Translations under genes and position numbers: made by a program
Shown: positions 40,271 to 50,924 of the stretch, one piece after another
Position numbering within the stretch: the first letter of the stretch is position 1
Layout: each line of letters opens with the position of its first letter
Source: an uncultured Pseudomonadota bacterium
GTDB lineage: Bacteria; Myxococcota_A; Polyangia; Fen-1088
Reading direction: 5' to 3'
Assembly: GCA_963847705.1 (NCBI GenBank)
Contig: CAWKBC010000010.1
Location: forward strand, 64,001-128,000
DNA: 64,000 nucleotides
The notes under the pieces: generated by a model
Told to the model about the DNA's origin: nothing
Databases searched by the model: none
The model's input: the letters and a program-made list of their open reading frames with translations, nothing else

Positions 40271-41195
40271 TCGACCTCGTCTCCCACCACGGTCATGCGA
40301 AAGACCGGCAACTTGTCAGCGGCCTGCGCGGCGCGCGGGTGAATCAGCTCCTCCAGGTGGTGGCGCGCGGCGATGAAGGCGGGCGAGAGGAACTGTTCGG
40401 CGCTGCGCGGCCGCGGGACCGCCACCTCCATCACCTCGCGCACGCGGCCCGGGTGCGCGTCCAGGATCGAGGATCCGGTCCGCCAGATAGACCGCCTCGT
40501 CGAGATCGTGGGTGATGAAGAGGATCGTGATGTCGACCTGACGCCAGATCTGCAGGAGGTACGACTGCATCTGGCAGCGCGTCTGGGCGTCGAGCGCACC
40601 GAAGGGCTCGTCCATCAATAGCATCGCGCGGCCGGTTGGCCAGCGCGCGCGCGATCGCCGCCCGCTGCTTCATCCCGCCCGACAGCTGGTGCGGATAGGC
40701 GGAGGCGAACTTGGTCAGGCCGACCACCTCCAGCCACATGCGCGCGTCCTTCTCGGCCTCGGCGTTCGACATCCCGCCGCCGACCTCCATCCCGAACATC
40801 ACGTTCTTGAGCACGGTCAGCCAGGGGAAGAGCGTGTAGCTCTGGAACACCATCCCGCGGTCGGGGCCCGGGCCGTGGATCGGCTTGCCGTCGAGCAGCA
40901 TCTGTCCGCCCGTCATCGGCTCGAGCCCCGCCACGAGGCGGGCCAGCGTCGACTTGCCGCAGCCCGACGGCCCGATGACGCACATCAGCTCGCGGCGGTG
41001 AACCTGGAACGAGACGCGATCGAGCGCCACGGTCGGCGGGCGGCCCGGCGAGGTGAAGCTCTTGGAGAGCTCGGCGACGTCGAGGATCACCGGTCGCTGC
41101 TTGATCCGCGCGAACCGCGCGGAGACCTCGGGCGACTGATCGAGGTAGCTCGGGACCGCCAGCGACGCCTCGGCCGGATTCGTCTCGGCGCTCAC
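40267..41195 (-). CDS. ABC transporter ATP-binding protein (NitT/TauT type, putative guanidine uptake), frameshifts near 40625 and 40470
   Basis: [34 protein letters not shown] and C-terminal [14 protein letters not shown]. Confidence 0.83.
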
Positions 41196-42257
41196 GCCGC
41201 GGCCTCCTCGGCGGCGCCGCCGGCCGCTGCCGCGGGGGGGGCCTGTCGTCCGCCACGACGCACGCGCGCCAGCGTCCTCGAGAACCACCCCTCCTTGGCC
41301 GTCTTCATCCAGGGGAAGAGCTGCCGTCCCAACGAAGCCAGCACGATGTCGGTCCCCAGGCCGATGAGGCCGATGAGGATGATCGAGGCGAAGACCCGAT
41401 CGTAGGCCCGGTACTTCCCCTGCTGGTTGATGAAGTAGGTGATCCCGGAGCTGACGCCGATCAGCTCGGCGACGATGAGGTAGGTCCAGGCCCAGCCGAG
41501 CAGCACCCGCATGTCGCTGTAGACGTCGACGACGATCCCGGGCACGCACCACCTTGGTGATGAGCGCGCGCCGCGAGGCCCCCAGCGTCTCCGCCGCCTC
41601 CAGCAGCGCTGGATCGATCCGTCGGGTGGTGTTGGCGATGATCAAGACCTGCTGGAAGAAGGTGCCGATGAAGATGATCGCCACCTTGGGCGCGTCCTCG
41701 ATCCCCATCACCGCCACCGCCAGCGCCCCGAACGCCGGCGCCGGCAGGTAGCGAAAGAACTCGATGAACGGCTCGGTCAGCCGCCCGACGGCGGGCAGCG
41801 CGCCGCACAGGATCCCCAGCGGGACACCGATGAGCGAGGAAAACAGAAAGCCCCAGAAGATCACCTGGATGCTGTGCCAGAGCGCCTGATGCAGCCAAGG
41901 TTCTTCGGGGCGCGCGGGCGGCGTGGTGAAGCCGGTCACCAGCGCCCGCGCCACCTCGTGCGGCGCCGGCAGAAACACCGGGTTGGCCGGGCGTCCCACC
42001 GCCTCGCGGCCGTGGCGTCCGGCGATCTCGCCGTTCTCGCTGGCGAACGCGGCTTTGTCGACCAGCTCGCCGGTGGTCAGCCAGCTGCTGTCCCCCGGAT
42101 CGCCCACCCGCACCATCGGGTGCCAGAGGAACGGCAGGTAGCTGACCGCGCACCAGAGCACCAGCGGCCCCAGGAACGAGGCCGCCCAGAACCTCCCGCT
42201 GGCCCGGGGCGAGAGCCCCGCCAAGGGCCTGGTCCAGGAGCCGCGCATGGCGCTCAC
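41192..42257 (-). CDS. ABC transporter permease (NitT/TauT type), +1 frameshift near 41547
   Basis: PANPVFLPAPHEV, EFFRYLPAPAFG, LLEAAETLGA (EAA loop) and LLGWAWTYLIVAE. Confidence 0.85.
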
Positions 42258-42296
42258 CGCGTTTTCCCTTTCTCGTGCTGGCGCCGACGGAGCCGG

Positions 42297-43346
42297 CTAC
42301 TTCGCGAGCGCGTCCTTGGACAGCGAGCCGTCGATGTAGGACGCCACCGGCTGCGGCTTGGCGTAGACCTTGTTGGCGACGTTGAAGTCGTCGGCGACCT
42401 TGCCGCTGCCGAGAAGCGAGGCCAGCGTGTCCGTCGGGGTGAAGCGGGTGAGGGCCTCCTCGGGCGTCAGGAAATGCGTGCCCGGCATGTAGGTGGCGTA
42501 CTCGGCGGCCGGAACGCCGGCCCGGCCGGCCATGATCTTCACCGCCTCATCCTTGTTGGCCGGATCCTTGACGAAGGCGACGATGCGGTTCCAGACCTTC
42601 ACGAAGTTGACCCAGTCGGCGCGCCGCGTGGCCAGACTCTGCGGGCTGACGCAGACGAGATCATAGATGAGGCCCGGCAGGTCGGCGCTGGTGAAGATCG
42701 CCTTCGAGCCAGCCGCCCCCTTGAGCGCCTGCCCGGCGTTCGGCTGCCAGGCCCCGATCGCATCCACGCTCCCGGAAGCCAGCGTCTGCGCGGTCTCGTG
42801 CGTCGGGACGTTGACCAGCTTGACGTCGGTGATCTTGAGGCCGTTCTTCTCCAGCGCCTTGGTCAGCATCAGGTGTTCCACCAATCCCACCTCGAGCCCC
42901 ACCTTCTTCCCTTTCAAGGCCTTGAGGCTGCCGATGCCCTTCTTGGCGACGATCATGTCGTTGCCGGCGCTGTAGTCGGTCACCAGGATCGCCACGCTGC
43001 GCGCGCCGGGGGCGCCGGTGACCAGGGCGTCGCCCATCGTCATCATGACGGCGTCGACCTTGCCGGCCGTGAAGGCGTCCATCGAGGGCGCGTACTCGAA
43101 CCAGTCGAACTTGACGTCGACTCCAGCTTCCTTGAACCAGCCCTTCTGGATCCCGATCTCGAACGCCGTCCATCCCGGCCAGTCAGAGAACGCGACCCTC
43201 AGGGGCGGCTTGGCCGGCGGCGGCGCCGGTGCGGCCGGCGCCGGAGCCATGGCCGGGGCCGCGGGCGGGGCAGGCTCTTTGCTACAGGATGCGAGCGAAG
43301 CAAAGCTGAACAGCGCGGCGGCGACCAGCGACGAATGAGCTCTCAT
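42297..43346 (-). CDS. ABC transporter substrate-binding lipoprotein (putative guanidine/urea-carboxylase-associated)
   Basis: Lipobox [22 protein letters not shown] and AWQPN. First gene of the cgdAB/uca operon. Confidence 0.85.
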   Translation of the reverse strand: MRAHSSLVAAALFSFASLASCSKEPAPPAAPAMAPAPAAPAPPPAKPPLRVAFSDWPGWTAFEIGIQKGWFKEAGVDVKFDWFEYAPSMDAFTAGKVDAVMMTMGDALVTGAPGARSVAILVTDYSAGNDMIVAKKGIGSLKALKGKKVGLEVGLVEHLMLTKALEKNGLKITDVKLVNVPTHETAQTLASGSVDAIGAWQPNAGQALKGAAGSKAIFTSADLPGLIYDLVCVSPQSLATRRADWVNFVKVWNRIVAFVKDPANKDEAVKIMAGRAGVPAAEYATYMPGTHFLTPEEALTRFTPTDTLASLLGSGKVADDFNVANKVYAKPQPVASYIDGSLSKDALAK

Positions 43347-43370
43347 TCTGCGAGGATAAAGAGAGATGCG

Positions 43371-43399
43371 TTACGGGCAGATGTCGGACCGAACCGTAA
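43371..43399. promoter_or_regulatory. inverted repeat TTACGG-N17-CCGTAA with inner palindrome TCGGACCGA, 25 nt upstream of the guanidine operon
   Basis: Read directly from the sequence. A role as operator or RNA hairpin is inferred. Confidence 0.35.
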
Positions 43400-43559
43400 G
43401 GAGTAAATTCCGCGTCGCCGCCCGGTAGCCTGCCGAGCTCGGCCATTGCGCGCCGTTGCGCGGTCCAGGGACCCGTCATTGCCTGAGTCGTTGCCCCATC
43501 GATGAGACGGCAGAGCTGCCACCCTTGCGGATGCCCAATCCGGCGCTACACAACACTCA

Positions 43560-43934
43560 GTGAGCGCATTCGTCCCCAACAGCGAGCACCTGGGCCCCTC
43601 CTCGAGCGTGCGGTTCGGTGACGGCAAGTCACTCTTTCACCGCCAGCTCAGGGTGATCCAGGAGATGGTCGACGACCTGGATTCCCAGATCGCGGCCGGT
43701 CAAAGGCACACCATGGAAAAGGTGGCGGCGTTTCTCCGCTCGCACACCGGACAGAGTGCCTTTGCCACCGCCTCTCGAAATGGACGCGAGCTCTCGCAGA
43801 TGATCGATCAGCTCGAACGAGAGGCGCGGCGGCAGGTCCCGGATGTTCGTCTCTTCGGCGACCGAGCCAAGGTTCTGGTCTCGCTCCTGTCGGTCACGGC
43901 TCAGCCGCCCGGCAGCGCCACGCCGACGCCCTGA
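43560..43934 (+). CDS. hypothetical protein (124 aa, helical)
   Basis: Composition does not look like shadow ORF, and it fills the gap between flanking genes. No motif recognised. Confidence 0.55.
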   Translation: MSAFVPNSEHLGPSSSVRFGDGKSLFHRQLRVIQEMVDDLDSQIAAGQRHTMEKVAAFLRSHTGQSAFATASRNGRELSQMIDQLEREARRQVPDVRLFGDRAKVLVSLLSVTAQPPGSATPTP

Positions 43935-43948
43935 GCTCAGGGACGCGA

Positions 43949-44962
43949 TCAGGGCGGCGCATCTGAGGCCGGCAGCACCGGCGACGATGGTTCGGCGTCG
44001 AGGAGCTGCCGCTGGCCGTGGGCAGCGCGGCCGAGCTGCAGGAGCTGCCGGTAGAGGACCTGCCAGTCATCCCAGTCGACCTGCAGGGTCCGCAGCTCCC
44101 GCGTGACGCGGTCGAGCTCCCGGGCCACGTCGGCGCTCTTGGCGCTCCGCGCCGGATCGAGGTCGTAGCTTCTCCAAAGTGGGCGGAGGCGCTGCTCCAG
44201 GGCCTGCGCCTTGGGATCGGTCGTCTGTAGCCCCTCGGTGTGCACGACCGCCTCGGCGACCAGACCGTGCGCCCAGGTCAACTGCGCCGCCCTCCCACGC
44301 AGCACCAAGCCGCTCGGGTACAACGACAACGAGAGATCGTGGGCCACGAAGTGCTCGAAGCGCTTGGGAACGTGCGAGCGCAAGGCCTCGCCGCCCAGCC
44401 AGGTGAGCAGGCGCAGGGGCGCGGAGACCCACCAGCCGGGCTCTGCCGCGTGCAACGAGAGGCCCTGGCGGTTCAGGACTTCGCAGATCTTGGCCGCCAC
44501 CTCGTGATAGGCGGAGGCGCTCATGATGAGAGGGATGTCGGTGATCTTCTGTCGGCGCATGAGCGCTGCGGCCCGCATGAGCGGCACGGAAACAAAGATG
44601 ATCGCGAAGGCGCTGGCCAGACCGAAGGTGATGGGAAAGCCGCGCAGAACACGGAGGACGGGCGACCCATCCCGCATCGCCGGTGGTGTCTTGATCGACA
44701 CGGCGACCCCGACGCTGAGCGGAATCAGCAACGCCAGACCGAGCCAGCCGAGCCGGACCGTCCAGGACGGAACCCAGTCGGGGAGCGGGACGAGAGCGAT
44801 CATCTGGACCGCGATCTTGGGCGCCACGATGGCGGCCAGCAGAATCGGCCAGGCCACGGCGGCCACGACGATCAAGGAAAGGAGGAGCCCCTCGCTCCTC
44901 GTCGTCTGACCAAAGAGGGCGCTCACCGCCCATCCGCGCCAGAAGCGCTTGAGGATCGCCAC
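43949..44962 (-). CDS. hypothetical membrane protein (about 4 N-terminal TM helices plus a soluble C-terminal domain)
   Basis: Hydrophobic segments GWAVSALFG, AWPILLAAIVAPKIA and LRGFPITFGLASAF. GTG start at 44962 is inferred. Confidence 0.65.
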   Translation of the reverse strand: MAILKRFWRGWAVSALFGQTTRSEGLLLSLIVVAAVAWPILLAAIVAPKIAVQMIALVPLPDWVPSWTVRLGWLGLALLIPLSVGVAVSIKTPPAMRDGSPVLRVLRGFPITFGLASAFAIIFVSVPLMRAAALMRRQKITDIPLIMSASAYHEVAAKICEVLNRQGLSLHAAEPGWWVSAPLRLLTWLGGEALRSHVPKRFEHFVAHDLSLSLYPSGLVLRGRAAQLTWAHGLVAEAVVHTEGLQTTDPKAQALEQRLRPLWRSYDLDPARSAKSADVARELDRVTRELRTLQVDWDDWQVLYRQLLQLGRAAHGQRQLLDAEPSSPVLPASDAPP

Positions 44963-45143
44963 GCCTGGAAGGTAAGCCGCGCTTTCCCCCGTCCTAGACA
45001 GCGGAATCCGTATCCGGCGCATCGGGGTAATGCCGTGGGGCCTCCCGCCGGGCGTACATCCCGTGATGGCGAACAATCCGACCACTCTACGAGAGACGAC
45101 GCGGTTGCGCTGGCCGCCCCGGGAAGCCCAGACTCGCGGTCCA

Positions 45144-45761
45144 ATGGCGATCTCCCCGGACACCACGCCTTGCCTTTCGCTGGCCACGCCCGCCGCCTGG
45201 CGCACCTGGCTCGGCGCGCACCACGCGCGCTCCACGGGCGTCTTCCTGCGCCTGGCCAGGACGTCGGGCGCCACGTCGGCAAGCACCCGCACCCCGCTGA
45301 CCTACGCCACGGCGCTCGAGGTGGCGCTGGCCTGGGGATGGATCGACGGCCAGAAGAGAGCGCTCGACGCCGGCGCCTGGCTTCAGCGCTTCTCGCCGCG
45401 CACGCCGCGCAGCGGGTGGTCGAAGATCAACCGGGCCAGGGCCGAGGCCCTGATCGCGGCCGGCGCCATGGAAGCGCCCGGCCTGGCCGAGGTCGAACGG
45501 GCCAGGAAGGACGGTCGCTGGGACCGCGCCTACGACGGCGCGCGCGCGGCGACCGTTCCGCCCGATCTGGTCGAGGCGCTGGCGCGCGACGCCGGGGCGA
45601 GGGCGTTCTTCGAGAAGCTCGACGGCGCCAACCGCTACGCCATCCTCTACCGCCTGCAGACGGCCAAACGTCCCGAGACGCGCGCCCGGCGCCTGCAGAG
45701 CTTCGTCGAGATGTGCGCGCGGCAGGAGACGTTGCACCCGCCCCGCAAGGCCCGCCCCTGA
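45144..45761 (+). CDS. YdeI/OmpD-associated family protein
   Basis: WRTWLGAHH, ALAWGWIDG, RFSPRTPRSGWSKIN, DGRWDRAY and AKRPETRARR. Confidence 0.85.
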   Translation: MAISPDTTPCLSLATPAAWRTWLGAHHARSTGVFLRLARTSGATSASTRTPLTYATALEVALAWGWIDGQKRALDAGAWLQRFSPRTPRSGWSKINRARAEALIAAGAMEAPGLAEVERARKDGRWDRAYDGARAATVPPDLVEALARDAGARAFFEKLDGANRYAILYRLQTAKRPETRARRLQSFVEMCARQETLHPPRKARP

Positions 45762-45792
45762 ATCCAGGCGCATCGTCCGGCATCCCAACCGC

Positions 45793-46407
45793 ATGTCACG
45801 CCCCGGTCGTCCGGCGAGCGACGTCGCGTTCTCTGATTCCGTGAAGGCCGTCCAGACGCGGCTCGGCTCGCGCAAGTCGTACGCACGTCTCGAGACAGGC
45901 CACGGTTGGGAGACGACGATCTCGCCCGATCTGGCGGGGTTCATCGGCGAACAGACCAGCTTCTTCCTGGCCACGGCGAGCGCCGCCGGGCAGCCGTACA
46001 TCCAGCACCGCGGGGGGCCCAAGGGGTTCCTGCGTCTCCTCGACGACCACACGCTCGCCTTCGCCGACTTTCGCGGCAATCGCCAGTACGTCACGATGGG
46101 GAATCTGGCCGAGAACGCCAAGGTCTGCCTCTTCCTCATCGATTACGTCCACCGCCAGCGCGTGAAGGTGTGGGGCGAGGCGCGCGTCGTCGAGGACGAC
46201 CCCGCGCTGGTGGCAAGGCTGGTGGTTCCCGGCTACGAAGGGCGCCCAGAGCGCGCGATCGTGGTCAGCGTCGCGACCTGGGATGCGAACTGCCCGCAAC
46301 ACATCCCCGTTCGCTTCGAGGCCGCCGACGTCGAGGCGGCGCTGGCGGCGCGCGACCAGCGCATCGCCGAGCTGGAAGCCGAGCTGCGCAAACGCCCGGC
46401 CTCGTGA
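45793..46407 (+). CDS. pyridoxamine 5'-phosphate oxidase-like FMN-binding protein
   Basis: FFLATASAAGQPYIQHRGGPKGFL, FADFRGNRQY and WDANCPQHIP. Confidence 0.85.
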   Translation: MSRPGRPASDVAFSDSVKAVQTRLGSRKSYARLETGHGWETTISPDLAGFIGEQTSFFLATASAAGQPYIQHRGGPKGFLRLLDDHTLAFADFRGNRQYVTMGNLAENAKVCLFLIDYVHRQRVKVWGEARVVEDDPALVARLVVPGYEGRPERAIVVSVATWDANCPQHIPVRFEAADVEAALAARDQRIAELEAELRKRPAS

Positions 46408-46439
46408 GCAGCGGATCGTCAGCGAGAGAGAATCTCCCG

Positions 46440-47978
<1,539 letters not shown>

Positions 47979-48019
47979 TCTTACGGTTCAAGCCCTCCCT
48001 GGTATTTCTTGGATCCACC

Positions 48020-48406
48020 GTGCCTCAAGCGCTGATCGTCGACGACAGCAAGGTCATGCGTGAAATGGTGATCGCGTGCCTGCGGGCGCACGAGGGGCTG
48101 TCGTTCACCCACGCGGGCAGCGGCCTGGAGGCGCTCGAGAAGCTGTCGCTCCAGAGCTTCGACGTGGTGGTCCTCGATCTCAACATGCCGGACATCAGCG
48201 GCTACGAGGTGATCGAATTCATCCGCGGGCAAGACAAGCTGCGCCAGCTGCCGATCCTGGTGGTCACCACCCGGGGGGACGAGAGCTCGCGGGCCCGCGC
48301 GCTCGGGGCCGGCGCCACCAGCTTCATGACCAAGCCGTTCGCTCCCACGGCGCTCCTGGGCGAGGTCCGCGCTTTGATCGGCGCGCGCCCAGGAGTTCCC
48401 GCATGA
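48020..48406 (+). CDS. cheY: CheY-like single-domain response regulator
   Basis: LIVDDS, VLDLNMP, VVTT and MTKPF. GTG start at 48020. Confidence 0.85.
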   Translation: MPQALIVDDSKVMREMVIACLRAHEGLSFTHAGSGLEALEKLSLQSFDVVVLDLNMPDISGYEVIEFIRGQDKLRQLPILVVTTRGDESSRARALGAGATSFMTKPFAPTALLGEVRALIGARPGVPA

Positions 48407-50478
48407 GCGGCGGCTTCGACGCGGCCGACTTCATCGCCGGGTTCATCGCGGAGGCCGAAGAGCATCTGACGTTGGCCAACGCCAACCTGCTTTCGGTGGA
48501 GGAGGCGGCCGCCAAAGGGCAGTCGACGCCGCGGCAGGTGAGGGATCTGTTCCGCTCGCTGCACACGCTGAAGGGGCTGGCGGCGATGGTGGGGGTCGAG
48601 CCGATCGTCAACGTCGCCCATGCGATGGAGGCGGTCCTGCGGGACGCCGATCGGGCCGCCGGGAGATTGCCGCCCGGCTCGGTCGAACCGCTGCTGGCCG
48701 GCATTCGGGCCATCGAGCAGGGGGTGCGCGCGCTCGCCAAGAGGAGGCCGGTGCCCGTGGCGCCCCAGACGCTGTTGAACACCCTGGCGGATCTCCGTCA
48801 GGTGCCGGGAGACAAGAGGGGTTCAGCAGCCTCGACCTCTCTCCCCGCAGAGCTGTGGGCGAAGCTGAGCGACGCCGAGCGCCAGCACTTGATTCAGGGG
48901 CTGGAGGCCGGCCAGCGCGCGCTGGTGGTGCAGTTCTTGCCGACGCCGGAGAAAGCCGCCGCCGGGGTGAACATCACCTCGGTGCGCGAACGGGTGGCGA
49001 CGGTCGCAGAGATCGTCAAGGTCGTGCCGCAATCGATCCCCGCCACGCCCGAGGCCCCGGCCGGCCTGGCGTTCGCCCTGATCGTTGTTTCGGGGGCGGC
49101 GGACGACGTCCTGGCGGCGGCGGCTGCCAGCACGCCCGAAGCGCTGAAACCCGTTCACCTCGAGGCCTCGCCCCCGGTCGCAGCGGCCGAAGCCGGGCTC
49201 CAGGGCGGCCTCCAGGGCGGGCTCGGAGACGAGCTGAACGACGACGAGCTCGGCAGAAGCGGTTTCGTCCGGGTGGAGGTCAAGCGCCTCGACGACGCGC
49301 TCGAAAGGCTCTCCGCGCTGGTGGTCACCCAGTTTCGGCTGGGACGCGCCGCGGCCGATCTGCGCGCGTCCGGCGCCGACGTGCGCGCGCTGGCGCAGGT
49401 GATCGGCGAGAACGCGCGGCAGCTTCGCGATCTGCGGGGGGCGATCATGCGCGCCCGGATGGTCTCCGTCGCCGAGCTCCTGGAACGGGTGCCGCTCATC
49501 GTTCGCGGGTTGAGCCGCGCCACCGGCAAGGCGGCCCGCCTGGAGGTGGCAACCGGTCGCGCCGAGCTCGACAAGGCGGTGGCCGAGCGGATCTTTCCGG
49601 CGATCGTGCACCTGGTGCGAAACGCCGTCGACCACGCCCTGGAAATGCCCGAGGAGCGGCGGGCCGCCGGAAAACCGGAGGTCGGCCTGGTGAGCGTCGC
49701 CTGCTTCGAGCGCTCGAACAACCAGCTCGAGCTGACCGTCTCCGACGACGGGCGGGGCGTCGACGCGGCGGCCGTGGCCGCGCGCGCCGGCCTCCCGGTG
49801 CCCGCCACGCCCGAGGCGCTGCTGGATCTCCTGGCGCGCCCCGGCCTGTCGACGAAAGCCGAGGTGACCACCACCAGCGGCCGCGGCGTCGGGATGGACG
49901 TGGTCAAGCGGATCGCGGTCGACGATCTCCGCGGCGAGCTGTCGCTGGCGACCACCCCTGGACAGGGAACGACCTTCACCTTGCACATCCCGCTCAGCAT
50001 CACGATCGTCGACGCATTCTCCTTCGTGTGCGGCGGCGAGACCTTCGTCGTGCCCGTCTCGACCGTGGAAGAGATCCGCGAAATCGACCTGACCAAGACG
50101 GTTCGCGGCCCGGATCGCCGCAAGTCCTCCCGCGGAGAACCCGATCGCCGCCGCGCCCCTCGCGCCAGCGACATGATCGAACGACGCGGTCAGGCCGTCC
50201 CGGTCCTGGCGCTCGACGACCTGCTGGGGTTGCCGCTCTCGGATGGCTCCCTGCGCAAGGCGCTCATCGTGCGACGCAACGGCGAGCTGTTCGCCTTCAC
50301 CGTCGATCGGATGCTGGGCCAGCAGGAGGTCGTCGTGCGTCCCCTGGAAGACGCGCTGGTCCAGGTGACGGGGATCTCCGGAACCACCGATCTCGGCGAC
50401 GGGCGCCCCACGCTGGTGTTGGACCTGGCGGCCTTGGGGGACAGACTCTTCGCGGCCTCGCGCGGGGCGCCGTCATGA
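48403..50478 (+). CDS. cheA: chemosensory histidine kinase CheA
   Basis: Hpt motif FRSLHTLKG, HLVRNAVDH, DDGRGV, SGRGVGMDVV and a C-terminal CheW domain. Confidence 0.93.
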   Translation: MSGGFDAADFIAGFIAEAEEHLTLANANLLSVEEAAAKGQSTPRQVRDLFRSLHTLKGLAAMVGVEPIVNVAHAMEAVLRDADRAAGRLPPGSVEPLLAGIRAIEQGVRALAKRRPVPVAPQTLLNTLADLRQVPGDKRGSAASTSLPAELWAKLSDAERQHLIQGLEAGQRALVVQFLPTPEKAAAGVNITSVRERVATVAEIVKVVPQSIPATPEAPAGLAFALIVVSGAADDVLAAAAASTPEALKPVHLEASPPVAAAEAGLQGGLQGGLGDELNDDELGRSGFVRVEVKRLDDALERLSALVVTQFRLGRAAADLRASGADVRALAQVIGENARQLRDLRGAIMRARMVSVAELLERVPLIVRGLSRATGKAARLEVATGRAELDKAVAERIFPAIVHLVRNAVDHALEMPEERRAAGKPEVGLVSVACFERSNNQLELTVSDDGRGVDAAAVAARAGLPVPATPEALLDLLARPGLSTKAEVTTTSGRGVGMDVVKRIAVDDLRGELSLATTPGQGTTFTLHIPLSITIVDAFSFVCGGETFVVPVSTVEEIREIDLTKTVRGPDRRKSSRGEPDRRRAPRASDMIERRGQAVPVLALDDLLGLPLSDGSLRKALIVRRNGELFAFTVDRMLGQQEVVVRPLEDALVQVTGISGTTDLGDGRPTLVLDLAALGDRLFAASRGAPS

Positions 50479-50924
50479 ACGACTTGCACGTGCTCTGTCG
50501 CGTCGCCGAGTCGAACTACGTCGTCTCCGCCGCGGACGTCTTGCAGATGGAGTCCTTCGCGGGCGCCACCAAGGTGCCGGGCGCGGCGAGCGAGGTCGCC
50601 GGTCTGGTCCAGATTCGTGGGCGCGTGGTGCCGGTGGTCGACCTGCGCATCATCTTTGGACTCCCGGCGATCGCCCCCACGATGGACTCGCGCGTGGTGG
50701 TGGCCAGCATCGGGGAGCGAACGGTCGGCCTGCTGGTCGACAGCGCGCGCGAGGTGTTGAAGATTCCCGCCAGCGAATTCCAGCCGCCGCCCTCGGTGGT
50801 CGCGCAGCAGACCGAGGGAATGGTGAAAGCGGTGGCCCAGGTGGGGACACGTCTATTGATGTTGGTCGATCTCGCGAAGGTGATCGGCCACGAACGGGGA
50901 CAGGAGCAGAGACATGGCGAATAA
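50475..50924 (+). CDS. cheW: CheW adaptor
   Basis: [25 protein letters not shown] and VGLLVD. Confidence 0.9.
   Translation: MNDLHVLCRVAESNYVVSAADVLQMESFAGATKVPGAASEVAGLVQIRGRVVPVVDLRIIFGLPAIAPTMDSRVVVASIGERTVGLLVDSAREVLKIPASEFQPPPSVVAQQTEGMVKAVAQVGTRLLMLVDLAKVIGHERGQEQRHGE

Noticed and set aside
38760-41560. Programmed ribosomal frameshifting or phase variation as the explanation for the broken genes
   Set aside because: There are no slippery heptamers or long homopolymer tracts. Many scattered single insertions fit sequencing error better.
40431-42257. Apparent permease-ATPase fusion ORF (608 aa)
   Set aside because: It is created by the +1 frameshift near 41547. The permease C-terminus lies in the 41192..41545 frame and the ATPase has its own GTG at 41195.
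43347-43560. Guanidine-I (ykkC) riboswitch expected upstream of the cgdAB/uca operon
   Set aside because: Only short GGTTC and GGTCCGA fragments are present. I could not find the conserved 3' stem-loop (AAAAGCCCGGGAG-like), so no ncRNA is called.
49195-49226. 12-bp duplication (GLQG GLQG) in cheA, plus a repeated PDRR motif near 50110-50150
   Set aside because: These are small in-frame duplications in linker or loop regions, with no evidence of function.
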